Virus record (IMG/VR): IMGVR_UViG_3300025133_006719
Location: 1-64,000 of that record
Length of the DNA stretch: 64,000 nt
From: a virus
Direction: 5' to 3' (one strand)
This document shows, in pieces, positions 48,038 through 57,329 of this stretch; position 1 is the first letter of the stretch, and each line of letters starts with the position of its first letter. The position numbers and the translations under genes are program-made. The notes beneath the pieces are model-generated. The model was not told the origin of the DNA. It was given only the letters and a program-made list of their open reading frames with translations, and searched no databases.

Positions 48038-48901
48038 ATGATTATGGACCAAACGCCAGAAGATAACAAAGTTCACAATTCTGAAAATTCAGAAGTATTA
48101 GTCGTCGGCGAAAGCTGTAAGGACGTTTTCACCTACGGCTACGCAACGAGGCTCTGCCCAGACGTTCCAGCGCCGGTTTTCAAACCCGTGAGCGACACGG
48201 AAGGGATGGGCATGGCTGGTAACGTTTTTCTAAACCTAGAAGGGTTGGGGATAGAGTGCGACATCCTAACCAACAGGAGAGACTGCCAGAAACATAGGTA
48301 TGTAGACATGAAAACAAACCACACATTACTTAGGGTAGACACCAACGATGATATACCAAGAGTACCTGACCGCTGGCTAAAAGGCTACGACCTCTCCAAA
48401 TACAAAGCTATAGTCGTAGCTGACTACGGCAAAGGGTTCTTAGAGGAAGAGGATATAAAATATTTATGCGATAATCATGACAAAGTCTTTTTAGACACCA
48501 AGAAGGTCTTGGGAGATTATTGCGCCAATGTTAAATTTATTAAAATAAACAAACCAGAGTATGACGCAATTAAAGATAAAATCAACCTAGAAGACTGGGT
48601 AGAGAAGTTAATAGTAACGCTTGGAGACTTTGGATGCACCCACTTAAAGGTAGACTCAAAATCTAAATATTATTTTAAATCTCACCCAATTGAAGACCCA
48701 TCGGACATAATAGACTTATCTGGAGCTGGGGATTCTTTTCAGGCTGGTTTGGTATTTAAATACCTAGAAACGGAAGACATTGATCAGGCGTTAAATTTCG
48801 CTAACATAACAGCCAACGACGCTGTTCGAAAGAAAGGTGTTAGTGTAATTAAGAAAGAAGGAGAAAATAATGAAGAAGTCGACAAAAGGCAAGAAAGTTG
48901 A
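48038..48901 (+). CDS. PfkB-family sugar kinase (HldE/RfaE kinase-like)
   Basis: VVGE...D, RL.P..P.PV, G.AGNV, DYGKG, VTLG..G, D.SGAGD.F.A. Confidence 0.88.
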   Translation: MIMDQTPEDNKVHNSENSEVLVVGESCKDVFTYGYATRLCPDVPAPVFKPVSDTEGMGMAGNVFLNLEGLGIECDILTNRRDCQKHRYVDMKTNHTLLRVDTNDDIPRVPDRWLKGYDLSKYKAIVVADYGKGFLEEEDIKYLCDNHDKVFLDTKKVLGDYCANVKFIKINKPEYDAIKDKINLEDWVEKLIVTLGDFGCTHLKVDSKSKYYFKSHPIEDPSDIIDLSGAGDSFQAGLVFKYLETEDIDQALNFANITANDAVRKKGVSVIKKEGENNEEVDKRQES

Positions 48902-49052
48902 TGTTGAGCTTGAGGCTATGAAGCAGGAGATTATCTCCATGATCCAAAACACCACCGATAAAGTCAAGGTAAGTAGAGCTTACGAGTGCCTAACGGGCTA
49001 CGCAACTCAAAGCCACCCAACTAACTCATCTCAAATAAGAGTAATAACATAA
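48870..49052 (+). CDS. Hypothetical protein
   Basis: GGAG SD and GTGTAATT at 48843. Confidence 0.55.
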   Translation: MKKSTKGKKVDVELEAMKQEIISMIQNTTDKVKVSRAYECLTGYATQSHPTNSSQIRVIT

Positions 49053-49065
49053 ACGACGACATGAC

Positions 49066-49275
49066 ATGGAAGTAAAGAGTAATGAATTAATCCAGTTTGT
49101 TAACTTTATAAACGAATGTTGTGAGGTCATACCAGACGAAGAGGTTGCTGATTGGATACATAAGCCGCACCCAGATTTAAATATGGAGTCGCCCTTTAAC
49201 CTTTTTAAAGAGAACGAGATAGAAAGAGTCTTAAGACTATTGTATTTTATAGAAATGGACGAAGCAGACAAATGA
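49066..49275 (+). CDS. Stand-alone MbcA/ParS/Xre antitoxin C-terminal-like domain
   Basis: W...P.P.L...SP..L......V..LL pattern. Confidence 0.6.
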   Translation: MEVKSNELIQFVNFINECCEVIPDEEVADWIHKPHPDLNMESPFNLFKENEIERVLRLLYFIEMDEADK

Positions 49276-49814
49276 AAGAAGTATTTCAATTAAGCAGGAA
49301 GGAGGTAATGGCATCAGCCTTATCATTAAATAGCGATTGGGAAGATTCTCCACTAGAAGCGCTCTATGTGGGGGATAGGTCTTTTGCGGTTTTAGACAAA
49401 AGCTGGGTTATAAAAAAAGCCTACCCAGCTTACAAGAAGTGGCTGAATTTCCAAAATATAGATAAATGGAGGAACAATTGGGATTGTGATAATTTCGCCT
49501 ATTCCTTTAAGTCGTTCTTGCAAGTGCTTCACGCCCAGCACAACCCATACACTTTCACAGAAAAGCGTAAAAAGAATGTCGAAAACACGACAGATGCAGA
49601 GTCCGTTGCTGTGAGCGTGATATATTACACTATAAAAAGAAAAGGCAGTAGCTCAATGCATGCTATAAATATGCTCATAGCTACCAATTCCCAAGGGTTC
49701 TTAACGGAAGGTTGTCCCCATCAGTACGGCCCATCTTTTTTTGAGCCAGACGGAGGAGTAGAAGTCAAACTATCAAAAGAAGAGAAAGATTCAATATGTT
49801 ACATAAACTTTTAA
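49272..49814 (+). CDS. Papain/transglutaminase-like Cys protease domain
   Basis: WDCDNFA, HAIN, FFEP. Confidence 0.6.
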   Translation: MKEVFQLSRKEVMASALSLNSDWEDSPLEALYVGDRSFAVLDKSWVIKKAYPAYKKWLNFQNIDKWRNNWDCDNFAYSFKSFLQVLHAQHNPYTFTEKRKKNVENTTDAESVAVSVIYYTIKRKGSSSMHAINMLIATNSQGFLTEGCPHQYGPSFFEPDGGVEVKLSKEEKDSICYINF

Positions 49815-49926
49815 TTAAAATGTTCGGCCTAAAGGGTAAAGTCGAATCCGAGATAAAGAAAGAGATCTTTATAAAGCCGGAGTATAAATGGATATACAAC
49901 ACTAATAAAACAAACGATGCCAAATA

Positions 49927-50139
49927 ATGAAACAAAAAGCGGCCAAATCCTCGGTAAAGATTTGGTCAAACGTTCATTCGGTTTTTTTGCCGGTAGTGAG
50001 TCTCTTGTCGGTAATAATTTACTACTTACTGGTTTTAGGCATATCACTGATTGTATTGGTATTCTCAGACAAGCGTATGAGGAGAGCCTTCATAATCTTA
50101 CTATTGTTTACGTTTGTGATTCTCTGGATCTTAAGTTAG
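49927..50139 (+). CDS. Small two-TM membrane protein
   Basis: Two hydrophobic segments, basic N-terminus and loop. Confidence 0.45.
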   Translation: MKQKAAKSSVKIWSNVHSVFLPVVSLLSVIIYYLLVLGISLIVLVFSDKRMRRAFIILLLFTFVILWILS

Positions 50140-50199
50140 GGAATATCAACAAGCGGGTTCCCTTGAGGACGACTTTTGATGTAATATATAAGTAAGGAC

Positions 50200-50406
50200 A
50201 TGAATATCTCAGAGTTCGAAAGGACAAAGCCGGTTGAGACGATGCGGGAATTAAACCGCCTAATAAACAAATACACAATCATATCTAAAGATGAATCAGC
50301 GGAGGAAGACGTTAGTTCAAGCGTCCATCTCGTTACCTCACGTTTCTCTGAAGAAGTAAAAGATGATTTAGTTAAGTTTAAGGCGATATTCCATACAGGG
50401 ACTTAA
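50200..50406 (+). CDS. Hypothetical protein
   Basis: AGGA SD; TAATG coupling to thyX. Confidence 0.6.
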   Translation: MNISEFERTKPVETMRELNRLINKYTIISKDESAEEDVSSSVHLVTSRFSEEVKDDLVKFKAIFHTGT

Positions 50407-51044
50407 TGAAAGTAAAGCTAGTATCCGTTACCTCCTCTAAAATAGAGGGCATGAATAACGCAGAGGAGATTATTGTCTACTGCGCTAGAGTTAGTAGTCC
50501 TAAAAACCAGTTAAATAAAGAGTCTTCTTCTAAATTATTAAGCTTTTTAATCAAACACGCGCATTGGTCTCCTTTTGAGTTAGCGTCGATGTGTTTAGAA
50601 ATAAAGACTAGTAGAGGTATAGCGGCCCAAATACTGCGCCATAGAAGTTTTAGCTTCCAAGAGTTTAGCCAAAGATATTCTGAAGTCCAAGGGTTGGAGC
50701 CTTTAGAGCTTAGAAAACAGGCCGATAAAAATAGACAATCAAGTTCAGATGCTTTTACAAATGGCTTATTAAATACAAAAGTTAGAGAACATACAGCTAA
50801 AAGCATATCTTTATATAATAGTTTAATTTCAGCCGGAGCAGCGAAGGAAAGCGCAAGGTTCATCCTGCCGCTAACAACAGAAACAACAATGTACATGCAG
50901 GGCTCAGTAAGAAGTTGGATACATTATATAAATTTAAGAGCTCAAGAAAACACACAAAAAGAGCACAGAGATATCGCCGAAGCTTGTAGGCAAATATTTA
51001 TTGAAGAATTCCCAAATATAAGCGTTGCATTAGAATGGAAATAA
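50406..51044 (+). CDS. thyX: Flavin-dependent thymidylate synthase
   Basis: HWSPFE, RHRSFSFQEFSQRY, ARF.LP. Confidence 0.96.
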   Translation: MKVKLVSVTSSKIEGMNNAEEIIVYCARVSSPKNQLNKESSSKLLSFLIKHAHWSPFELASMCLEIKTSRGIAAQILRHRSFSFQEFSQRYSEVQGLEPLELRKQADKNRQSSSDAFTNGLLNTKVREHTAKSISLYNSLISAGAAKESARFILPLTTETTMYMQGSVRSWIHYINLRAQENTQKEHRDIAEACRQIFIEEFPNISVALEWK

Positions 51045-51718
51045 AACAATTAAAAGACTTTGATCTTGGGAGTTTTAAGGGGTCGTATCTTGAGAGCGAG
51101 ATAGAGAGCGGGGTGTACGACCCCGTCAAGGAAATAAAAGAAAATGATATAGTAGTAGATATGGGGGCCAGCACAGGGATTGTATCTTGGCTCGCCAAGG
51201 ATATGAAGCCCAAGCATATTTACATGTACGAGCCGTTTCCGAGCCACATACAAATAATTAAAGAAAACTTCAGCGGCCAAGATAATTGGACTCTTATCGA
51301 GAAAGCGGTTTCTAATGTTAGCGGCCAGCATCAAATAAGCTGGGAGGGAAACCCCATTGTTGAATCTACCACCTTCGCCGAGATTGCAAAACAGCACGAT
51401 AGGATAGATTTCCTAAAGATCGACATAGAAGGCGACGAATACCATGTCTTCACAGAAGAGAACTTAGATTATATAAATAACCACACAGGGATTATAGTTG
51501 TGGAATTCCATATGAGTAAAGTAGGGCTTAATTATACCAACGACAAAGAAAGGTTCCGAAACTTCAGGGATAACATCCTGCCCAAAATAAACAAACAAAT
51601 AACAGTTAACTCTACAGATATGACAGATATCAAATGGGATTTATATAATGAACACTTCATAGAGTATTATACTTGTGTAATATTTACTTTCAGACCTAGT
51701 GCACTACTAGAGAGCTAG
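51035..51718 (+). CDS. FkbM-family methyltransferase
   Basis: VDMGASTG, EP, IDFLKIDIEGDE, VEFH. Confidence 0.88.
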   Translation: MEIKQLKDFDLGSFKGSYLESEIESGVYDPVKEIKENDIVVDMGASTGIVSWLAKDMKPKHIYMYEPFPSHIQIIKENFSGQDNWTLIEKAVSNVSGQHQISWEGNPIVESTTFAEIAKQHDRIDFLKIDIEGDEYHVFTEENLDYINNHTGIIVVEFHMSKVGLNYTNDKERFRNFRDNILPKINKQITVNSTDMTDIKWDLYNEHFIEYYTCVIFTFRPSALLES

Positions 51719-51766
51719 TCATGTATAACTACGATATACTCCCAGAAGAAACCGAAGAAGAATACT

Positions 51767-52501
51767 TTGTGTGGGTTTGGTGATGCCGTGACAACGATTA
51801 AATTCCTAAAGAAGCTAAAAGCCCTAGGCTTCAATCCTGCAAACATTTTAGATATAGGAGCACATTGGGGCCGCTTCGGCGAACACTGTATTTCTGTATT
51901 TAAAAAGGCCAACATCATGATGGTCGAACCAATTAAATATAAAGAATTAAAAAAATCTTGCCAATCAAACCAGTTCTCGTGCAGAAACGTCTTATTGGAC
52001 GAGTGCGAGCAAATGCGTGACTGGCATGAAATGAGAGACACAGGAGATTCCATGTACAAAGAAAAGACGAGGTATTATGAGAATTGCGCTATCTACAAAC
52101 GGAAAACGACGACCTTAGATGTTGAGTTTCGTGGGTATTTTTCTTCAGGGCCAGAATTAATTAAAATAGATACACAGGGTGCAGAAATACCGATACTAAA
52201 AGGAGGGAAAGAAACTATTAGAAATAATGAAATAATTATAATGGAGGTACCTCTTGTAGGATCATACAATGAAAATGCTCCTAATTTTTCCGAGTATATT
52301 AGTTACTTAGATGACGCAGGGTACACTCCGCTAGAACTACTCAAACCCGGGGCCTTCTGCTACAGAGAGGTGACTAAGTGTATGACAGATGGTGCCGATT
52401 TCTCTATCCACACGGATATAGCTTTTATTAAAAAGGGGCATAAACTGCTTGATAAACAACAAGCCCAAATCTTAGAATTAGGAAAGCGTACTAATGAATG
52501 A
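51767..52501 (+). CDS. FkbM-family methyltransferase (start probably GTG 51788)
   Basis: LDIGAHWG, TLD, IKIDTQGAE. Confidence 0.88.
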   Translation: MCGFGDAVTTIKFLKKLKALGFNPANILDIGAHWGRFGEHCISVFKKANIMMVEPIKYKELKKSCQSNQFSCRNVLLDECEQMRDWHEMRDTGDSMYKEKTRYYENCAIYKRKTTTLDVEFRGYFSSGPELIKIDTQGAEIPILKGGKETIRNNEIIIMEVPLVGSYNENAPNFSEYISYLDDAGYTPLELLKPGAFCYREVTKCMTDGADFSIHTDIAFIKKGHKLLDKQQAQILELGKRTNE

Positions 52502-53220
52502 AAAGCAAGAATTATAGGTGGCACATTGCTCATATAGAAGTTGCCCAAAAATTGTCTTCTTGGGACGAGGATTGCTTGGGGATCCTGCATAAAGGCATCA
52601 ATATTCCACAGTTAGACAAGAGCAAACCTCTTAATGTTATTGATGTAGGTGGTAATACGGGCATGTTTGTTGAATATTTACTTAATCATACTGAATATTC
52701 GCTAGACCGTGTGGTGATGTTCGAGCCAGTACCTCTGTATGCAAGATGGGCTAGTTTTAAATACTCCAAATTATTGTCAAAACCCTTCGTCCAGACTGTA
52801 GAGGCTGGATTGTCAGACGAAACAGGGGACTGCGAGATAGCTGTAAACAAAGATGGCAATCTAGGTTGGAACACGATGGTTCCGGAATGGAAGGAGAATT
52901 ACTTCTGTTCTGACAATATCATAAGAACTCGTGTTTTTAAATTTGATGATATTGTTGATACTTTTGAGTTGGATGGTATTGATTTAGTTAAAATAGATAC
53001 AGAAGGGTGGGAGCTTAATGTTATGAAGGGTATGCTTGAGAGCATAAAGAAATTTAAACCTGTTCTCCTTGTGGAAATAGCGGAAGGCAGTAACCACTTA
53101 AAAATAGATGAGCTAAAGTCTTTCTTGGGAGAGCTTCGGTCAATAGGATATGAATTTACCGAAAATTGGCCGGATAAGACTTTCGACTTAGCCCTTTCCG
53201 CCAATAATTCTACTCCGTAG
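52498..53220 (+). CDS. FkbM-family methyltransferase
   Basis: IDVGGNTG, FEP, VKIDTEGWE. Confidence 0.88.
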   Translation: MKSKNYRWHIAHIEVAQKLSSWDEDCLGILHKGINIPQLDKSKPLNVIDVGGNTGMFVEYLLNHTEYSLDRVVMFEPVPLYARWASFKYSKLLSKPFVQTVEAGLSDETGDCEIAVNKDGNLGWNTMVPEWKENYFCSDNIIRTRVFKFDDIVDTFELDGIDLVKIDTEGWELNVMKGMLESIKKFKPVLLVEIAEGSNHLKIDELKSFLGELRSIGYEFTENWPDKTFDLALSANNSTP

Positions 53221-53946
53221 CTATCTCCTACGGTGTTTTATAAAGAAATCTTTTTCTTGAGTTTGTTTGTGCCGTAAGCCCCATTGAGTGGGGTCGGGAA
53301 GAGCTGGAATTCGGAGCGACTTAGTTAATATGCTCCAGATAGCTTGGTCGTGACGATGCTCTATAAAACCTTGGAATTCGTCCTCTTGTGGCTCCGTATC
53401 CATTATAATTTCAGGGTCGCTCCCAAGCTCTAGCCATTTGTTTACAACTTCAAGGGAATAGTCAGTTCTCTTGACGACGGCAAAGCTGGCCATTCTTTGA
53501 TCGGAGTTGTAGATTCCCCGAGCAAATTCGGATTCCGCTGCGGCCCCTAATATTTTATGCGCGGCATTTTTGCGGCAATACTGATGTTCTTTATGATACC
53601 CCGCCATCTCAAAAGCAAACAGATTAAACTCTTCCTGTTTTAATTTTTTGATAATTAAGTCTAGGGGTTTGGGGTTGATAAATCGAGAACCCGCATCCGA
53701 ATAAAAAACTATATCCCCTTCTTGGGCTTCGCGCAAAGTTTTCGCTATAAAATAAGGTTTCCATAGCCAGTATCCAGCTCCTCTTTGCCGAGATAAAATA
53801 AGCTCATTCTTTGTAAGAAATTCTTCGTCTATGTGCTCTTTCTTATACTGAATGACAGCATCAAAGCCCATCTCAATCCCCGAAAGGGAGTTCTGTTTTC
53901 TAGATTCATAAAAAGCAAGATCTGCGTAATTGATCAAATAGTTCAT
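53221..53946 (-). CDS. Nucleotide-sugar transferase-like protein
   Basis: RGAGYWLWKP, YSDAG, EHRHDQ. Confidence 0.65.
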   Translation of the reverse strand: MNYLINYADLAFYESRKQNSLSGIEMGFDAVIQYKKEHIDEEFLTKNELILSRQRGAGYWLWKPYFIAKTLREAQEGDIVFYSDAGSRFINPKPLDLIIKKLKQEEFNLFAFEMAGYHKEHQYCRKNAAHKILGAAAESEFARGIYNSDQRMASFAVVKRTDYSLEVVNKWLELGSDPEIIMDTEPQEDEFQGFIEHRHDQAIWSILTKSLRIPALPDPTQWGLRHKQTQEKDFFIKHRRR

Positions 53947-53953
53947 GTGTAAT

Positions 53954-53997
53954 AAAAAACCCCCGGCGCAGGAAACAGGTAAAAGCGCCGAGGGTTT
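53954..53997 (-). terminator. Rho-independent terminator (minus strand)
   Basis: CCCTCGGCGC-loop-GCGCCGGGGG-T6 on minus strand, after 54016 ORF. Confidence 0.7.
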
Positions 53998-54015
53998 AGT
54001 TATGAAGAGATGCCC

Positions 54016-54220
54016 CTAAGCTCTTTGCTTAGTACCAGACATCTTTTTGACCAGCACTCTACCATCAGTAGAGTTAATAAAGCTGACACCGATGTTTCTC
54101 GCCGCCTTCCATTCAGACTTGTGCTGATTTGTCTTCTTCAGGTACTCAACGCGGTTAACCTTGAGCTTGTTATCTGTCGTCTCAGAGACGACTAGCCGAT
54201 ACGTCTTAGGTCTAATCATG
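54016..54220 (-). CDS. Small hypothetical protein (start approximate)
   Basis: MIRPKTYRLVV... followed by terminator. Confidence 0.5.
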
Positions 54221-54277
54221 ACAAATATAAGACCAGACAACAGCCCCAACCATTCAAATAAAAGTGTAATTATAATC

Positions 54278-54586
54278 ATGGAAGAAGCAGCAAAAGGATT
54301 TATAGGTCAACACGGCTGGGTTTTTATGGCCGGAGTAGTAGCGATTATGTTTAACAGCTTGATTAGCAGCAGCGCTCAGGGGTTTTTACTTTGGTGGAGT
54401 AAGCAGTATCAAGCAGATGATATTGTAGTCATTGGAGGCAGAAGAGCCAGAATAGTCAGGATCGGAATGAGAGAAATGGTGGTATACTACGAGGACAGTT
54501 GTACAAAAGCCACATATCCTAATGAATCAGTCAGAGGTATGGGAATAGAGAAAGAAATAAAATCCATGAATTTCAATAAGAAGTAA
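54278..54586 (+). CDS. Minimal MscS-like membrane protein (TM + beta domain)
   Basis: GTGTAATT at 54264 sets the start; TM helix then Y..DD.V.I.G..A.IVRIG. Confidence 0.55.
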   Translation: MEEAAKGFIGQHGWVFMAGVVAIMFNSLISSSAQGFLLWWSKQYQADDIVVIGGRRARIVRIGMREMVVYYEDSCTKATYPNESVRGMGIEKEIKSMNFNKK

Positions 54587-54609
54587 AACGTTTACACATA
54601 GAGGTTTAC

Positions 54610-54876
54610 ATGACCAGAGAAGAAGCAAATGCCCTAGAGGGCGATATCGCAAACGATGTTCTGAATAACTTTCCACTATCAGGCTTAGTAGTGCTGGCAA
54701 CAGACGCCGCGAAAAAAAGAGCCCATCAGATAATGGAGGAGAGCACAGATGAGGCCCTAACTGATATGCAAGGGAAGTATGCCGAGGCTAAAGCTAAATT
54801 AGAGGCCGAGAAGGCTAAGCAAGCAGCCACTGGCCACGGCAATGCAGATTCCAATTGCGATATGACCGAGGAATAA
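54610..54876 (+). CDS. Hypothetical protein
   Basis: GAGG SD. Confidence 0.6.
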   Translation: MTREEANALEGDIANDVLNNFPLSGLVVLATDAAKKRAHQIMEESTDEALTDMQGKYAEAKAKLEAEKAKQAATGHGNADSNCDMTEE

Positions 54877-55172
54877 AAGTGACAAACACGGAAGTAAATA
54901 AAGTACATTCCGTTACATTTGATAACACTGTTACCGAGTATCACGAAGTTAACTTTGATTCATTATCTAATTTCCAAGAGCCCGTAATGCCAACAGAAAA
55001 TAATCAAGCATTAAAACTATTAGACCAAATAATAGAAATGGCAGACGAGCAAGACGCTGAGTACAAAAAGAAAATGAACGAATCTCCCTACGTTAAAGAT
55101 TGGGAACAGTCTTTTGGTGAAGGATGGATGCCCTTTCACCTAAAAAAACTAAAAGAACTTCTAACTCAATAA
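54855..55172 (+). CDS. Hypothetical protein
   Basis: GE.WM.FHLK.LKEL motif; start uncertain. Confidence 0.5.
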   Translation: MRYDRGIKVTNTEVNKVHSVTFDNTVTEYHEVNFDSLSNFQEPVMPTENNQALKLLDQIIEMADEQDAEYKKKMNESPYVKDWEQSFGEGWMPFHLKKLKELLTQ

Positions 55173-55763
55173 TTGAACGAAAAATTACCAAATAAACCAG
55201 TAATTACAGAGAATTTATTGCCAGATGACCTGTGTCGTTCATTAATCGAAGAATTCCAACATAAATCCGAAGTAGACTATACCAACCATCACAGAGGGTC
55301 AATTAGAGGCGGCATTCCCTCATACGCTCCGGGAGTAGGCAATCTGAGAGGCGACACACACCGCGAAGATTTTAAGTCTAGCTCTTACGTGCTTGTAAAC
55401 GATATTACTGGCCAAACTAAAGAAAAGTTGTTTAAAGTTATGCGAGAGAACAATATGCCATTTTCTTCGAAATCTTCCTGTATGTTTTATAGATGGTCAA
55501 CTTTTTCATATTACCCTACTCATGCGGATATGGGGATGGCCCGACTTGCTTCTATTTATTTAAATGAAGATTATCGCACATGTGACGGTGGGATGTACCT
55601 ATACAAGGACGACGAGAGAAACGAATGGATAGGTATAGAGCCTAGTTTCAATAAGTCTGTCTATTTCGACCAAACTAACCATCCTGAAGGAACTTTGCAC
55701 ATGGTAACCCCTGTAACCAGCAAAAAAGAAAGAATGTCCATTCAGATGTTCGAGGAAATGTGA
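55173..55763 (+). CDS. 2OG-Fe(II) oxygenase
   Basis: THAD, IYLN.....GG, P.FN, H.VTPV....R.SIQ. Confidence 0.8.
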   Translation: MNEKLPNKPVITENLLPDDLCRSLIEEFQHKSEVDYTNHHRGSIRGGIPSYAPGVGNLRGDTHREDFKSSSYVLVNDITGQTKEKLFKVMRENNMPFSSKSSCMFYRWSTFSYYPTHADMGMARLASIYLNEDYRTCDGGMYLYKDDERNEWIGIEPSFNKSVYFDQTNHPEGTLHMVTPVTSKKERMSIQMFEEM

Positions 55764-55792
55764 ATACAAAAATGCCAAATAAACCATAGTAG

Positions 55793-56428
55793 ATGATCAC
55801 TAAGCTAGAAAGCGAGTTCATGCTTGCGGGTAATCGATGGTTTCGCGACGACGGCAACAATACCTTACGTCTAAATTATGATTTAAATTGTGACTCTATT
55901 GTATTTGACATAGGGGGTTATAAAGGAGACTTCGCTGAAGAAATGGTAAGACTATATGATTGCCATGTATATTTATTCGAGCCATCTGTAGAGTTTTTCA
56001 GGATCGCTCAAGCCCGGTTTTCTGCAAATAAAAAAGTAAAGTGCTTTAACTATGGTTTGTCTGATTCAAATTGTAAGATGATGTTGTCGAATGAGGGTAA
56101 CAAATCATCTGTAATGGATGTAAAGTCGCATCAAACAGGTTCCCAAGTTGATATACAAAACTTTAAAGATGTCTTTGATCGTGAAGGTATAGAAGATATT
56201 GATCTTATTAAAATAAATATAGAAGGTGGAGAATACCCCCTTATGCGTCACATAATTAAGGAAGGATTAGCTCCTCGCATTAAGAATTTTCAGGTTCAGT
56301 TTCACATAAAGGATTTCATTCCTAATGTGTCTAGTATGAGAGAAGATATTCAGCACGCACTTTCTGAGACTCACAATTTAGATTGGTGTTATACCTTTAT
56401 TTGGGAAAACTGGTCGTTAAAAGACTAA
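55793..56428 (+). CDS. FkbM-family methyltransferase
   Basis: VFDIGGYKG, FEP, IKINIEGGEY, QVQFH. Confidence 0.9.
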   Translation: MITKLESEFMLAGNRWFRDDGNNTLRLNYDLNCDSIVFDIGGYKGDFAEEMVRLYDCHVYLFEPSVEFFRIAQARFSANKKVKCFNYGLSDSNCKMMLSNEGNKSSVMDVKSHQTGSQVDIQNFKDVFDREGIEDIDLIKINIEGGEYPLMRHIIKEGLAPRIKNFQVQFHIKDFIPNVSSMREDIQHALSETHNLDWCYTFIWENWSLKD

Positions 56429-56472
56429 TTGGTATAGATACTAGTGTAATATAACATAGTAAGGTAAATAAA

Positions 56473-56649
56473 ATGACATATTGGATTATATTAATACTAT
56501 CGTTAGCGCTTAATGGCGCTTTGGGGTACTGGATTTACACCCTTAAAAAGGCCGCATTTGCAAACGCAGCAACCGAAATAAAAGAAGCGGCTGAAGCGGT
56601 TAAGGATATTGGATCTAGAGATACAGAAGAAAGCTCCCAGAGAGTTTAA
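56473..56649 (+). CDS. Small single-TM protein (58 aa, not in ORF track)
   Basis: MTYWIILILSLALNGALGYW...EESSQRV; AAGG SD; GTGTAATATA at 56444. Confidence 0.65.
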   Translation: MTYWIILILSLALNGALGYWIYTLKKAAFANAATEIKEAAEAVKDIGSRDTEESSQRV

Positions 56650-56657
56650 TCTATCAA

Positions 56658-56861
56658 ATGGGTGGAGTTTCTCAAATAAAAGACGCCCCAGAGGAGGAGC
56701 CAACAGACCCCACACTCCTCTTTCAAGAGAGGACTCTCACCTGTTTGAGGGAGCTTCAAAACGGCCTTTCTAACATGGAGGTGGTCGCAGAGAAAATGCA
56801 AGATTCTATTAACAGGATGAGATTTGATATTCATGGGGAGGATGTTGATGAAATTAGATAA
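56658..56861 (+). CDS. Hypothetical protein
   Basis: ORF in tandem. Confidence 0.5.
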   Translation: MGGVSQIKDAPEEEPTDPTLLFQERTLTCLRELQNGLSNMEVVAEKMQDSINRMRFDIHGEDVDEIR

Positions 56862-56909
56862 TTCAAATATGAATATAAAGAAGCCAAATAAAGTTATATC
56901 AGAAGAAAG

Positions 56910-57317
56910 ATGTTAAAAATGTTTAGAAGATTGTTCAGCAGAAAAAGAGAGTGTCCCGAATGTGGTTATCAAGGCTCATCTAGGGACTTTAAGAGAGTAA
57001 CCGTTTCAAATACGAACACAAAAAGGCCAAATAAAGCATCATGTTCCGGAACTTCTGGAACCTCTGGAACCTCTGGAACCTCCGGTGAAGCCCCTACGCA
57101 AACAAGGGCAAAACGGAAAAATAGAAGAGCTTCTACAAGCGGAACAAGCGGAACAAGCGGAACAAGCGGAAGCCCTAGCACCCCGAAGGCGAAAGCAAAA
57201 ACGCCAAATAAGAATACAAAAACGCCAAATAAGAATAGTAGCTCATCTGGCGAAGGAACTACCTCTGGAACCAGCGGAGATGGCGATTCTACCTCTGGCA
57301 GTTCTGGTGTAATTTAA
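56910..57317 (+). CDS. Ser-Gly-Thr repeat protein with N-terminal CPECG
   Basis: (SGT)n tracts, KTPNKN x2. Confidence 0.65.
   Translation: MLKMFRRLFSRKRECPECGYQGSSRDFKRVTVSNTNTKRPNKASCSGTSGTSGTSGTSGEAPTQTRAKRKNRRASTSGTSGTSGTSGSPSTPKAKAKTPNKNTKTPNKNSSSSGEGTTSGTSGDGDSTSGSSGVI
57047..57170 (+). repeat. 9-bp coding tandem repeats (GGAACCTCT)n and (ACAAGCGGA)n
   Basis: Directly visible tandem arrays encoding GTS/TSG. Confidence 0.85.
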
Positions 57318-57329
57318 TAAAATAAGATT

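Noticed and set aside
49917-50195. 92-aa alternative-frame ORF
   Set aside because: The overlapping frame 49927-50139 gives a more plausible membrane protein; unresolved but less likely
43894-51044. Uracil- or hmU-substituted genome
   Set aside because: dUTPase, ThyX and dCMP deaminase together point to ordinary dTTP synthesis
53947-53953. GTGTAAT at 53947 (and at 51675) as promoters
   Set aside because: No credible plus-strand gene at the usual distance; probably chance
57047-57170. Tandem repeats as CRISPR array or iterons
   Set aside because: 9-bp in-frame coding repeats without spacers
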